64,000 bases of DNA from Syntrophorhabdales bacterium (GCA_035315185.1 DATFYE010000203.1:26101-90100); one strand, 5' to 3'; counted from the first letter of the stretch, positions 9,749 to 20,208 are shown. Numbers and translations are program-made. The notes: generated by a model from the sequence alone, not told the origin.

Positions 9749-9931
9749 TGCTGCCCCCCTTTTTCTGGTATCTCTCTGTTTGGCAGTCGCTCGTGAAGAG
9801 AAAACTGAAAGAAGCAGGAACGCTCCAGCAACAGAAGAAATATCGGATTGGTGAATATTGATACAGCCTACCACATAATCGTCCAAAAAGAAAAGGAAAA
9901 GAAGTTTTCGAAGAAGTTTTCAATGGTGTCG

Positions 9932-10945
9932 TCAAAGACCGACTCCGTCTATTCTGGCGCCACAAAACTTACAGGCACCCGCGACGATGCTGTATTCCGT
10001 TATACTGAAACCATGCCGTTTGATGACCGGTTTCTTGCACTGGTAACAGTACGTATGTTCGGCATCGAGACCAGGGATATTGCCCGTGTACACGTAGCGC
10101 AGACCCGCCTCCATTCCTATCTGGCGCGCCCTTATAAGAGTCTTGGACGGGGTGGGAGGAGCATCGGTAAGTTTGTACGTCGGATGAAAGGCGCTCACGT
10201 GCCAGGGGGTTTCTGGGCCTGCTTCATCCCTGATGAACCGTGCTATAGCCTTGAACTCCTCATCCGAGTCGTTATGAGTGGGGATAACAAGTGTTGTTAT
10301 TTCAATCCAGATACCGAGGGCCTTGTAATTCTTAATCGATTCGAGGACCCCGGCTACACGTGCGCCGCACACCTTCTTGTAAAAGTCTTCGGAGATGCTC
10401 TTCAAATCGATGTTGGCAGCATCGAGATAAGGCTGTATCGCGGTAAGAGGTTCCTTCTCTATGTATCCATTGGTAACGAAGTTATTTGAAAGACCCTGCT
10501 CCTTGGCGAGCCTTGCTATGTCAAAGGCATACTCATAAAACATGGTGGGCTCTGTATAGGTGTAGGATATACTGCGACAGCCCGTCTTTTGTGCATGCCC
10601 GACCACGTCGTCCGGAGAGAAGGCTTCGCCGTATATCTGGTCGCGGTCCCTCGGCAGCTGAGATATCTCATGATTCTGGCAATGGAGGCACCGAAAGTTA
10701 CAACCCACCGTGGCAATGGAGAAGGCCTTTGATCCCGGGAAACAGTGGAAGAGAGGCTTCTTTTCGATAGGGTCTACGTGCCAGGAACAGGGCTTGCCGT
10801 ACACGAGGGTGTAGAGGATGCCGCCCCGGTTCTCGCGCACACCACAGATACCCCGCTTGCCGTCACTGATGGTGCAGTGATGCCTGCACAGATAACAGTG
10901 TACCTTGCTGCTCTCACCTTTCTCGTAAAACGAGGCTTCTTTCAC
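9932..10945 (-). CDS. AmmeMemoRadiSam-system radical SAM enzyme (PflA-like activase fold)
   Basis: N-terminal C.LC.H.C.I..G..G.C.VR.N and the radical SAM cluster motif CNFRCLHCQN. The proposed GTG start at 10945 is preceded by AAGAGGA. The ORF is open to 10993. Confidence 0.75.
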   Translation of the reverse strand: MKEASFYEKGESSKVHCYLCRHHCTISDGKRGICGVRENRGGILYTLVYGKPCSWHVDPIEKKPLFHCFPGSKAFSIATVGCNFRCLHCQNHEISQLPRDRDQIYGEAFSPDDVVGHAQKTGCRSISYTYTEPTMFYEYAFDIARLAKEQGLSNNFVTNGYIEKEPLTAIQPYLDAANIDLKSISEDFYKKVCGARVAGVLESIKNYKALGIWIEITTLVIPTHNDSDEEFKAIARFIRDEAGPETPWHVSAFHPTYKLTDAPPTPSKTLIRARQIGMEAGLRYVYTGNIPGLDAEHTYCYQCKKPVIKRHGFSITEYSIVAGACKFCGARIDGVGL

Positions 10946-13319
10946 GATGGATCCTCTTTCTGGTGAAGCTTCGTCTTTTCGGTGATGCCGCACTGAAAAG
11001 GAGTTTCACAACATCATCCATGTCTCTGACCGGAAGGAAGGTGACCCTCTTCTTCACGTAGTCCGGGATATCTTGTAAGTCCTTCATATTCTCTTCGGGG
11101 ATGATTACCCGTTTCAAACGGGCCCGCAGCGCAGCGAGCGTCTTTTCCTTAAGGCCGCCGACAGGCAGTACCCGTCCCGTCAGAGTGATCTCGCCGGTCA
11201 TTGCTATCTTGCTGGCCACCACCCTTCGGGTGAGCGCGCTTATCATGGCAACAGCCATAGTGACACCTGCTGAAGGACCATCCTTGGGGATCGCGCCCTG
11301 CGGCACGTGTATGTGCATCTCGAGCTCGTCAAAACTGTCTTGCGGTATGCCCAGTTTCTTTGCCTTGGCCTTTATATATGTGAGTGCAGCCTGGGCTGAC
11401 TCTTTCATCACGTCCCCCATGCTCCCGGTGAGCGTGAGCTCCCTTCTCCCCTTGCGGCAAGAGGCTTCGACGAAGAGCAATTCTCCGCCCGTTTCAGTCC
11501 AGGCGAGGCCGCACGCGACCCCGGGAGTATCCGTTGAAATCGCTGTCTCAGGCGCGAATTTCAACGGCCCGAGAAAGCTGTGCAGGTTCTGAGGTGTGAT
11601 CGTCACTTTGTTTTTCTTTCCTTCGGCTAACCTCTTTGCAACCTTACGTGAGACGGATGCTATCTCCCGCTCCAGATTTCGCACACCGGCTTCTCTCGTG
11701 TAATCCCGTATGAGTTTCTCCACGGCCCTGTCGGCAAAGCTGAGCAGGCTTCTCTTCAGGCCATTCTCTTTCATCTGCTTCGGAATAAGGTACCGTTTCG
11801 CGATCATCAGCTTATCCCGTTCAGTATAGCCAGGAAGAGAAATGACCTCCATCCGGTCTTCCAGGGCCGGCGGGATCGTGTCGATCCGGTTTGCCGTGGT
11901 GATGAACATCACTTTCGAAAGATCAAAGGGCAGGTTCAGATAGTGGTCGCTGAACGCGCAATTCTGCTCCGGATCCAGGACTTCGAGCAGGGCGCTTGCC
12001 GGATCACCCCGGAAGTCCATACCGATCTTGTCTATCTCATCGAGCATAAAGACCGGATTGTTGGTGCCGGCCTGCTTGAGGCCCTGGATGATGCGACCGG
12101 GCATAGCGCCCACGTAGGTCCTCCTGTGGCCCCTGATCTCAGCCTCATCCTTCATGCCTCCCAGGGAAATCCTCAAGAAGCTACGGCCCATGGCCCTGGC
12201 AATAGAGCGTCCAAGGGAGGTCTTGCCCACACCAGGAGGACCAACGAAGCAGAGTATGGGGCCTTTCATAACGCCTTTCAGTTTGATGACGCTTAAGAAT
12301 TCGAGGATCCTTTCCTTGACCTTATCCAGGCCGTAATGGTCTTCATCAAGTATCTGCTTTACCCTGGCAATGTGAATGTTATCTTTGGTGGAGTTGTTCC
12401 ACGGCAGTTCGACCAGCCACTCGATGTAAGTCCTCAGCATGTTTGACTCGATGGCGTCGGGGTGCATCATCTCCAGGCGTTCGACCTGCTTCTTTACTTC
12501 TTTCTCCACCTCTTTGGGCATCTTTGCCTTCTTGACGCGCTTTCTGAGGTCCTTGGCCTCATCCTCACGCTCGTCCACCTCACCAAGCTCAGACCGTATC
12601 GCCTTCATCTGCTCCCTGAGGAAATAGTCCCTCTGGGTTTTGGTCATCTCCTCCTTGGCCGTTGAGAGTATCTTTGCCTGCATGTTGAGGAGCTGGATCT
12701 CCTTGCCGATGATCTCAGAGAGTTTTTTCAGCCGCTCAATCGGATCGATGATCTCCAGAATCTCCTGGGCCTTTCCTACAGGCAGCCCCAGGTTGGCACA
12801 TGCCACATCGGCAAACTTGCCCGGTTCATCGATCGTGTCGAGGACAAGAAGCACATCGGGAGAGATCATCCTTCCCATGGAGACCACCTTCTCCATCTCT
12901 TCCTTTATGTAACGCATGAGCGCTTCGATCTCCAGAGTGATCTCGGTGATGATTGGTTCCTCGATGGTCTTTGTCTCCACGAGGTACGTCGGTGTTTCCT
13001 GAACGTATTGGACGATCTGTGCCCTTTTTAGACCCTGTACGAGCACCTTGATCCTTCCGTCAGGCAGCCTCAGCATACGCATGATCTGCGAGACAACGCC
13101 CAGTGAATGGATCCTTGCTGGCAAGGGATCCTCGTCCGTCAGATCCTTCTGCGCCGCTACGAGGATGAGCCGATCCGTCGAGAGCGATTTTTCGATAGCA
13201 TTGATCGACATCTCCCGCCCTAGAAACAAGGGGAGTGTCACCGAAGGGTACATTACCATCTCCCGCACAGGGAGCAAAGGAAGTACCTTCGGTATCTTGA
13301 CCGTTTCAACTTCGATCAT
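10914..13319 (-). CDS. lon: ATP-dependent Lon protease
   Basis: 801 aa. It has the LON N-domain, Walker [10 protein letters not shown] and the protease active-site block [18 protein letters not shown] Shine-Dalgarno. Confidence 0.95.
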   Translation of the reverse strand: MIEVETVKIPKVLPLLPVREMVMYPSVTLPLFLGREMSINAIEKSLSTDRLILVAAQKDLTDEDPLPARIHSLGVVSQIMRMLRLPDGRIKVLVQGLKRAQIVQYVQETPTYLVETKTIEEPIITEITLEIEALMRYIKEEMEKVVSMGRMISPDVLLVLDTIDEPGKFADVACANLGLPVGKAQEILEIIDPIERLKKLSEIIGKEIQLLNMQAKILSTAKEEMTKTQRDYFLREQMKAIRSELGEVDEREDEAKDLRKRVKKAKMPKEVEKEVKKQVERLEMMHPDAIESNMLRTYIEWLVELPWNNSTKDNIHIARVKQILDEDHYGLDKVKERILEFLSVIKLKGVMKGPILCFVGPPGVGKTSLGRSIARAMGRSFLRISLGGMKDEAEIRGHRRTYVGAMPGRIIQGLKQAGTNNPVFMLDEIDKIGMDFRGDPASALLEVLDPEQNCAFSDHYLNLPFDLSKVMFITTANRIDTIPPALEDRMEVISLPGYTERDKLMIAKRYLIPKQMKENGLKRSLLSFADRAVEKLIRDYTREAGVRNLEREIASVSRKVAKRLAEGKKNKVTITPQNLHSFLGPLKFAPETAISTDTPGVACGLAWTETGGELLFVEASCRKGRRELTLTGSMGDVMKESAQAALTYIKAKAKKLGIPQDSFDELEMHIHVPQGAIPKDGPSAGVTMAVAMISALTRRVVASKIAMTGEITLTGRVLPVGGLKEKTLAALRARLKRVIIPEENMKDLQDIPDYVKKRVTFLPVRDMDDVVKLLFSAASPKRRSFTRKRIHRERSLVLRER

Positions 13320-13339
13320 TTTTTAAAGCCTCCTAATCC

Positions 13340-14692
13340 TCACGATACCAGAAAGGCCCTGAAGGCCCGGTATGTCTCGTGAATATCGAGTTTGCTGGAG
13401 ATTTCAAAGGGGGAGTGCATTGCAAGAATGGGTGCGCCCATATCAATAATATCCATGCCGTATTCGGCAAGATACTTCGCTACAGTCCCACCTCCTCCCT
13501 CATCAATTTTTCCCAGCTCTCCTGTCTGCCAAATGATGCCTTCCCTGGAAAAAAGGCGTCTGATCTCAGCCACATATTCAGCGTGGGCATCGTTGGCCCC
13601 CACCTTGCCCATGTGGCCTGTAAACTTGGTCACGCAAATGCCGCCGCCAAGATAACAGGCGTTCTGCTTCTCGTGCACATCCTGCCAGTTGGGATTGACC
13701 GGCCCGTTCACATCCGCACTGATGGCCTTCGAATTAAAGAGTATCCGCTGCACCGTGTCGTCGGAAACGGCCTGGCCGGAAGCGCCCAGTATCTCGTGTA
13801 AGAACATCCTTATGAAACGGGACTTGGCCCCGGTATTACCCTCGGAGCCTATCTCTTCCTTATCTACGAAAATCGCCAGGGTTGCATGGAGCGGCTCTTC
13901 CGCATCGCAGATCGCTTTAAGCAGAGGGTAGGCGGACGCCCTGTCGTCCTGCCCGTATGCGCCGATCAAGCTTGCGTCCAAGCCGACATCCCTTGCCTTG
14001 AAAGCGGGGACAATCTCGATCTCAGCGCTGATGAAGTCTTCTTCCACCACGCCGTATCTGTCACTGAGGAGCCTCAAGATCTGGCTCTTGACTGCGTTTT
14101 TCTCCTCGCCGAGTAAGGGCAGGCTCCCGAAGAGTACCGTTAGCTTCTCCCCCTCGATGGCCTCTGAAAGCTTCTTCTCATCCTGGGTTTTCCTCGAGAG
14201 GTGGGGCAAAAGATCGTCGATGGCGAAGACAGGGTCCCGTTCATCCTCTCCGATAGCGAGTTCTACTTTAGTACCGTCCGTTTTCACGATAACGCCATGG
14301 ATAGCAAGGGGCATCGCCACCCAGTGGTACTTCTTGATGCCGCCATAATAGTGGGTTCGCAGAAGAGCCAGATCGATGTCTTCGTAAAGCGGGTTCTGCT
14401 TGAGATCGAGCCTCGGCGCGTCTATATGGGCGATGATGATTCTCAAGCCCTCCTTGGGATCAGCCCTGCCCGGGCGCCAAACCATGACTTCCTTACCCTT
14501 GTTAATGCGGAACGTCTTTCCCGGAGACGAACCATTGGCAAACCCTGCCTGCGTGAGGGTGCTATCTATGCATCTGGCGGCTTCCCGTTCTGTTTTTGCC
14601 CGGTCGAGGAACTCTTTGTATCCATCACAGAAAGTAAAAACCTGCTCGATTTCGTCTTTCGTCTTTTTTTTCCAACCGGATTGTCTTTCCAT
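13340..14692 (-). CDS. M18-family aminopeptidase (aminopeptidase 1-like)
   Basis: 450 aa. The AHIDAPRLDLK, EEIGSEG and SPFE blocks are typical of the M18 family. It lies 20 nt upstream of lon on the same strand. Confidence 0.7.
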   Translation of the reverse strand: MERQSGWKKKTKDEIEQVFTFCDGYKEFLDRAKTEREAARCIDSTLTQAGFANGSSPGKTFRINKGKEVMVWRPGRADPKEGLRIIIAHIDAPRLDLKQNPLYEDIDLALLRTHYYGGIKKYHWVAMPLAIHGVIVKTDGTKVELAIGEDERDPVFAIDDLLPHLSRKTQDEKKLSEAIEGEKLTVLFGSLPLLGEEKNAVKSQILRLLSDRYGVVEEDFISAEIEIVPAFKARDVGLDASLIGAYGQDDRASAYPLLKAICDAEEPLHATLAIFVDKEEIGSEGNTGAKSRFIRMFLHEILGASGQAVSDDTVQRILFNSKAISADVNGPVNPNWQDVHEKQNACYLGGGICVTKFTGHMGKVGANDAHAEYVAEIRRLFSREGIIWQTGELGKIDEGGGGTVAKYLAEYGMDIIDMGAPILAMHSPFEISSKLDIHETYRAFRAFLVS

Positions 14693-14840
14693 AGGTGGGT
14701 GAAACTATTAACATTAGATTACCAGAACTGCGCTGCCCAGTCAATCTAAGGCCAGTAATACTTAGTAATATCATCTAGTTATGATGGTAGCAGGCAGCTG
14801 ACTGCGTCAGTGGCAGGGGCGGCAAGGATGAGGGCTCTAC

Positions 14841-15185
14841 TCAGGCCCGGCCATAGTCATCTTCTGCCCGGGTGATGTCATCCTCGCCAAAATAATCTCC
14901 GGTCTGGACCTCGACAAAAATGAGCGGGACAGTTCCCGGGTTCTTGACGCGGTGCCATGCGCCCTCGGGAATGTCTATCGCCTCACCGGCCGAAAGACCG
15001 ATCTCTGCGTCGTTGCGCGTCACGACAGCCTCGCCTTCCAGTATGAACCAGTGCTCTCTTCTGTGTCCGTGTTTCTGAAGAGAGAGCCGTTGGCCGGGCT
15101 GGATGACGATCCTCTTCACCTTGTGACGCGGCGCGTCCTCGAGCACACAATAATGACCCCAAGGCCGGTAATCTTCCTCGTACAT
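14841..15185 (-). CDS. cupin-domain protein (mannose-6-phosphate isomerase type II C-terminal-like)
   Basis: 114 aa. RPWG.Y..L......KVKRI.I.PG..LSLQ.H.HR.EHW....G is the PMI type II cupin signature. Confidence 0.7.
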   Translation of the reverse strand: MYEEDYRPWGHYCVLEDAPRHKVKRIVIQPGQRLSLQKHGHRREHWFILEGEAVVTRNDAEIGLSAGEAIDIPEGAWHRVKNPGTVPLIFVEVQTGDYFGEDDITRAEDDYGRA

Positions 15186-15543
15186 TGGCTATATTCTAGG
15201 GGGAGCGACGCTGCTTGTCAATGAAGGAAGGATCAACGCTTGCGGCGGCAAGGTAGTTGCGGCGGAAGAGTAGGGATACTGTGGAGCGCATTATTGACTG
15301 TGCCACCAAGTGGAACTGGAGCCGCCTGTCCGTGGGCGAGCCGCTGGCCAAGAGAAAAGTTTTTCTTGTGAAGAGCGGAACCAAAGTTATAATGTATGAT
15401 TGGGTACATGTTTTCAAGGGTCAGAAAAGTTCGAATCCTGGGAGATGACCTGAGCGGCAAAGGGGGATGGGTTTAGCTGGCACTGGGAGTCATGAGCTGC
15501 TCTGTGATGCTTCAGGTGTGATCAGGGGATAGACAAAGCAATC

Positions 15544-16674
15544 ATGCGTCTCTGGGGTAACGAGTATAACAAAATGGAGTTTGCGGGTGCCTTCGGCGAT
15601 CTGGGTACCCTCATCCCTTTCGTCGTCGGTTACATCACCCTCAACAAAATGGACCCCGTGGGCATTCTCGTTGCCTTTGGGATCTTCAAAATCTTTGTGG
15701 GTCTTTATTTTCGGACACCTGTACCTATCCAGCCGATGAAGGCCATCGGAGGAATGGCAATTGCCCATGCTGGCACCATCACGCACGGCATGATCTGGGC
15801 CTCAGGGATTTTTACAGGAGTCTTCTGGCTTCTCATGGGGATTACCGGTGCGATAACATGGATCCAGAAGATCACCACGAAACCTGTGGTACGAGGCATC
15901 ATGCTCGGTCTCGGTCTCGGCTTTATTCGAGAGGGGCTGGGCATGATGAGGGACGAGCCGTTGTTTGCCATCGGGGGAGCGGTCTTGACACTTTTCCTCC
16001 TCAGCAGTAAACGGTACCCAGCCATGCTCGCCCTGCTTGCTTACGGGATCACGGTTGCCCTTATCCACAATCCCGCCTTGCTCCGAGATCTATCCCATAT
16101 TTCGATTCGGTTCAGGTCACCGGAGATCGGCATCCCCCGGCTCTCATGGAGTGACCTCTTGGCTGGGTTCATCATCCTCGGCCTACCTCAAGTTCCCCTC
16201 ACTCTAGGTAACGCCATCATCGGGACGGTGGCGGAGAATAACGAATATTTTCCGGACAGGCCGGTGACGGCTAAAGCGATCAGCATCGATCACGGCGTGA
16301 TGAACCTGATCAGCCCCTGTATTGGTGGTATCCCCCTGTGTCACGGGGCAGGGGGCATGGCAGGGCATATGCGTTTCGGTGCAAGAACCGGAGGGGCGCT
16401 CGTGATACTGGGCCTGATCGTGCTTTTCGCAGGGCTTTTTTTGAGCGACTCCATAGTGCTTATTTTCCAGGTTTTCCCGCGTTCCGTTCTTGGCGTAATC
16501 CTGTTTTTCGCTGGGGTAGAGCTTGCCTTGGTCGTTAAGGACGTGAGGTTGAAGGAAGAGAACCTCTTCGTTCTCCTTATCACGGCAGGGACTGCTATGT
16601 GGAATATGGGCGTGGCTTATCTGGCCGGACTTTTCATCTACTACGCCCTCAACCGCCGCTGGATCAAGCTGTGA
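15544..16674 (+). CDS. MOT1/SulP-related putative molybdate/sulfate transporter
   Basis: Polytopic protein. The N-terminal EFAGAFGDLGT.IP and PVP.QPMKAI blocks recall the MFS_MOT1 family. An alternative start is the ATG at 15574. Confidence 0.65.
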   Translation: MRLWGNEYNKMEFAGAFGDLGTLIPFVVGYITLNKMDPVGILVAFGIFKIFVGLYFRTPVPIQPMKAIGGMAIAHAGTITHGMIWASGIFTGVFWLLMGITGAITWIQKITTKPVVRGIMLGLGLGFIREGLGMMRDEPLFAIGGAVLTLFLLSSKRYPAMLALLAYGITVALIHNPALLRDLSHISIRFRSPEIGIPRLSWSDLLAGFIILGLPQVPLTLGNAIIGTVAENNEYFPDRPVTAKAISIDHGVMNLISPCIGGIPLCHGAGGMAGHMRFGARTGGALVILGLIVLFAGLFLSDSIVLIFQVFPRSVLGVILFFAGVELALVVKDVRLKEENLFVLLITAGTAMWNMGVAYLAGLFIYYALNRRWIKL

Positions 16675-16685
16675 AGGGTAAAACG

Positions 16686-18059
16686 CTAACCGTGTGAGCG
16701 ACACCTCACCCGTTCAAGGTACTCACGGTACTTCTCGGCAAAGGCCGGTGACTGTTGTGGGGTATGACATGTAACACAGGTCGACATGTCAGGCTTAGCC
16801 GGTTTTTCTTGCTTTGGATTTTTGAGATGCCCGTTAGCTCGTCCGTGACACGCATCGCACTGCACGTTGCGCAGCCCGGCCTGTTGATCGCGCATTGAAA
16901 AACCCCCTGGTGCATTAAATCTGGTCGTATGGCACCGGAGGCACTCGGGGTCGAACTCTCGACTAATCTGGACCAGAGATGTATAGGCCTTAGCGTGCGC
17001 CGTCTTTTGCCATTGCACATACTCAGGCTGGTGGCACTTCGAACACATTTCTGCCTTGAGAGTTTCGGTCTGCGCCCTTCCCAGTTTGAACAGACGGACA
17101 ACCTCCCCGTTATATTCTGCGATCATGGCCCTGATACCCGGATCTTCCCTTACGGCCTTATCCATTTCCGCCACTTCCCATCGCGGTATCCCGGTCTCAC
17201 CCCTGGCGACAGTTATCCTTCCAACGCGCTGTCCTCTGTTCCCTATCTCGAAAATACTCGTTTTCCCAACCATTATCGGATCACGTGGGTAGTCACTGCT
17301 CTTGCCTCTGAGGACGAGGTTAAGATCAGGAAAAGCCTCTGCCAGACGTCTGTCCTGAGCAGACTCTTGTTCTGTTAATGCAACCAGGAAATCGGCCTTG
17401 CCCTTTACCTGCGTAACGGCCCTCATTATTGACTCCAAGGGATCAATCGCATAAGCGGAAGCAGAATGGGGTACAGACATACGGTCTGCTATGCCGAAAA
17501 TTGCTACTCTCGTGTGTCCTACGCTCTTGAGAACATACGGCTGAAAAAGAAATCGTCCTTTTGCGTCGACCAGATTAGTCGAGATAAACCGTATCCGATA
17601 AGTTTTCTCGAGGGACTTAAGGAACCCGACTCCCAGGGCCAGATCGTACGGTCCGACGTTAACTGCGTCGTAACCCATTCTTGCGTAACTCGCGGCTATG
17701 AGGCCTGCCTTCAGTTTTTGTTGCTGCACTCCCTTTTCATCCAGATCCGATAAAGATCCGCCATCAACCAGGAGATTCCCCGAATCCGCAAGCAGAGTAT
17801 TCACGGTCCTTGTGCTCGCGAGCCATTTAGCCTTCCTGGCAAGACCGCCAAGATTTTTTCCTGTCTTCGCTCACCCGCACGGATCCACGTACCCCCTCAC
17901 ATCAGCCGAATGGATGATGTAAAAGTCCTCGCCGGCAGAGACGCTCCTCATAGCAAGAGACAAGAGCATGGCAAGCAAAACTGAGAGAATGATCTTGCCT
18001 GTCAGTTCGCTTCCTCTCGGAGAGCTACTCGCGGGTCCTGATAACAATTCTTTCTTCAT
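16686..18059 (-). CDS. candidate selenoprotein: exported degenerate UshA-like metallophosphoesterase domain fused to a tetrahaem cytochrome c, read through one in-frame TGA
   Basis: ORFs 17871-18059 and 16686-17804 are in the same frame and are separated only by the TGA at 17871-17873. My manual translation across the gap (AKTGKNLGGLARKAKWLASTRTV) has no other stop. The upstream ORF supplies the only signal peptide. The downstream part carries 4 CxxCH motifs (CSKCH, CLRCH, CDACH, CVTCH). The motif context is DPCG-U-AK. Confidence 0.6.
17835..17852 (-). promoter_or_regulatory. candidate bacterial SECIS hairpin
   Basis: mRNA CUUGGC-GGUCUU-GCCAGG begins 18 nt after the UGA. It forms a 6-7 bp stem with a G/U-containing apical loop that starts with GGUC. 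Confidence 0.4.
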
Positions 18060-18229
18060 TAGACGGACTATGAGTGGCGGAAAGTCTCTCGCATCCTCCG
18101 TGCAGTAATACGATACACATCGATATCATGTCGTGTCAACGAGCTGCTAGAGTCCTTGGTATCTCGCCATCTTGTTATGCGCAACAGGCCAACCCAGTAA
18201 CAAAGTTGTCTCCATGTCTTCTTCAAAAG

Positions 18230-18300
18230 AACTTATCGATACCATAAGAATTAATCACTTGACATATAACCGCAGCCACACAAGTATATAATCGTATCCA
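18230..18300 (+). promoter_or_regulatory. conserved promoter/operator block, copy A
   Basis: AACTTATCGATACCATAAGAATTAATCACTTGACA...TATATAATCGTATCCA. It aligns with copies at 29793, 50009 and 51114. Confidence 0.55.
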
Positions 18301-18410
18301 ACGCGACACAATAGAGCAGGCTTTGGCACAGGCGAGCCTGAGCGATAGTCTGGATAATCGTGGTTTATAAATCCGGGTTTACCCGGAAAAAAACCGGGAA
18401 GGGGGAGGGC

Positions 18411-19238
18411 ATGACCATAATAACGATTTCCAGGTTTACGATGAGTGGCGGTGAAAGGCTGGCCACGTGTCTTTCAGAGAAATTAGGCATTCCATCATTG
18501 AGTCGCGAAGTGATCATTCAGGTCGCGAATCAGTTTGGCGTTTCTGAAGCCGCGCTTTGGGAACAGCTGGAAAAAACTAAAGGCGCATCCTCCGAGCGCG
18601 CCCTCTATCTGGCAGCTCTCCAGCTTGCACTGGCCGAGAGGGCTCAGCAGGGCCCTTTCGTCTACCATGGGCTCGCCGGCCATTTCCTCCTCAAAGGCAT
18701 TCCCCGAATTCTCAAGGTGGGCATCGTAGCCCCGCGTCAGTTTCGGGCCGAGGCACTCATGAGACAGAAGAACATTAGCATGGACGAAGCTGTCCGCTCG
18801 ATTCAGCGGTGGGATGAGCGCAGCATCAAATGGGCGCGTTTCCTTTACAATGTGGACTGGCTGGACCCCTCGTTGTACGATCTGGTGCTCAATATTGCCA
18901 GCGTTAGCGTGGAGAGCGCCTGTGAGATTGTCATCTGCGCGCTGAACCAGCAGGAGTTTAAGGAATTCCCTGGAACGCAGAAGATGATCGAAGATTTTGT
19001 TCTTGCCAGTCGCGTCAAGCTTCAACTGGCCACCCACGAACGGACCAAGGGGCTGGAATTGGAAGTCTCAGCGCAAGAAGGCGTGGTAAAAATCACGGGC
19101 CAGGTCCTTATGGGCGGGATGTTCTCCTGGGGAGGAAGGGAGAGCATTCGCAATGACCTGATTGAAGTCTCCAAAACGGTTCCAGGAGTCCAGAAGGTCG
19201 TGGTTGCTGTGGAAGGAAAGGCTGTTCCTCTCGAATAG
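18411..19238 (+). CDS. cytidylate-kinase-like family protein with C-terminal BON-like domain, paralogue 1
   Basis: The N-terminus ITISR..SGGE.LA..L...LGIP resembles Cytidylate_kin2. The C-terminal V.KITG......G........V..V.GV.KV is BON-like. The start is the ATG at 18411 after GGGGGAGGG. Confidence 0.7.
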   Translation: MTIITISRFTMSGGERLATCLSEKLGIPSLSREVIIQVANQFGVSEAALWEQLEKTKGASSERALYLAALQLALAERAQQGPFVYHGLAGHFLLKGIPRILKVGIVAPRQFRAEALMRQKNISMDEAVRSIQRWDERSIKWARFLYNVDWLDPSLYDLVLNIASVSVESACEIVICALNQQEFKEFPGTQKMIEDFVLASRVKLQLATHERTKGLELEVSAQEGVVKITGQVLMGGMFSWGGRESIRNDLIEVSKTVPGVQKVVVAVEGKAVPLE

Positions 19239-19272
19239 AGGCGCAAAAAATTCCTCGGGTCGAAGGAGAGCG

Positions 19273-20208
19273 ATGAATATTTATCTGCCCATTGCGCACA
19301 TGAGCGTAAACATCTTTCTCCTGGTGGGCCTCGGTGGGTTAGTAGGTTTTCTTTCGGGTCTGTTTGGCGTAGGGGGAGGCTTCCTCTTGACTCCTCTTCT
19401 TATTTTTGCCGGAATTCCGCCGATGGTTGCTGCAGCCAGCGATTCGAATCAGATCGTGGCTGGTGCTGCGTCCGGGGCCTACGCCCACAGCCGCATGGGG
19501 AACGTGGATTTCAAGATGGGCATCACCCTCCTTCTCGGCGGGATCACAGGAGGGTCCATAGGAGTGCAGATCATCAAAGTCCTGGCTGCGCTCGGCCAGG
19601 TAGACTTTGTCATTAAGCTCATCTACGTGGTAATCCTGGGACTGATCGGCGGCTTCATGTTTATCGAGAGTCTTACAGCTTTGAGACGCACACGGGCTGT
19701 GCCGGAAAATGACTTCTTCGTGGAACCGAGGGAATCAGCCCTGCGAAAGCTCGCCGCGAGACTCCCTTTGCAGATGACGTTCGAAAAATCGCACATGACC
19801 ACATCGGCTATCTTCCCGTTCTTCCTGGGGGCTGCTGTGGGACTCCTGGCTGCCATCATGGGTGTTGGCGGAGGATTCATCATGGTGCCGGCAATGATCT
19901 ATATCCTAGGCATGCCCACGATCGTCGCCATTGGCACGGATCTGTTCCAAATTGTGTTGACCTGCATCAATGTGACTATCCAGCAGGCGATACTCAACCA
20001 CACGGTTGACCTGGTTCTGGTAGTGGTCCTCTTTTTCGGTTCAACGATCGGCGCCCAAATCGGTGCCCGGGTTGGCAGGCGCCTTCGGGGAGAGCAACTG
20101 CGTATCCTTCTCGCCATCATCGTGCTGGTGGTGATGATCAAGATGGTCTACGATTTAGTGGTGACACCTGACAACGTTATCGGCCTCGCCAGGGGAGGTG
20201 GTCACTGA
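19273..20208 (+). CDS. TSUP (TauE/SafE) family anion permease 1
   Basis: It has the two-repeat signature GLFGVGGGFLLTPLL and AIMGVGGGFIMVPAM plus GTDLFQI. The start is the ATG at 19273 after GAAGGAG. Confidence 0.8.
   Translation: MNIYLPIAHMSVNIFLLVGLGGLVGFLSGLFGVGGGFLLTPLLIFAGIPPMVAAASDSNQIVAGAASGAYAHSRMGNVDFKMGITLLLGGITGGSIGVQIIKVLAALGQVDFVIKLIYVVILGLIGGFMFIESLTALRRTRAVPENDFFVEPRESALRKLAARLPLQMTFEKSHMTTSAIFPFFLGAAVGLLAAIMGVGGGFIMVPAMIYILGMPTIVAIGTDLFQIVLTCINVTIQQAILNHTVDLVLVVVLFFGSTIGAQIGARVGRRLRGEQLRILLAIIVLVVMIKMVYDLVVTPDNVIGLARGGGH

Noticed and set aside
15429-15438. GTTCGAATCC, the classic tRNA T-loop sequence, in the 350-bp intergenic region.
   Set aside because: The flanking bases cannot form a T-stem. 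I found no acceptor stem or anticodon arm on either strand.
15478-15495. TGGCAC as a sigma54 -24 element. Similar hits occur at 18324 and 51283, and a GG-N-TTGCA hit at 28525-28548.
   Set aside because: None has a TTGC -12 element at the obligatory spacing (GG-N10-GC). No sigma54 promoter can be supported, despite the activator gene at 62501-63889.
15186-15543. Possible riboswitch (for example Moco-type) or small gene upstream of the MOT1-like transporter, including the 63-aa ORF at 15257-15448.
   Set aside because: I could not recognise the conserved Moco-motif elements or any convincing conserved structure by eye. The ORF has no Shine-Dalgarno sequence and no motif. The question is left open; a covariance-model scan (Rfam) would decide it.
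18121-18131. CGATATCATG, resembling the GATATCATAA core of the four-copy promoter block, upstream of the selenoprotein gene.
   Set aside because: Only the 8-bp core matches. The flanking AACTTAT and AATTAAT elements are absent, so this is probably chance.
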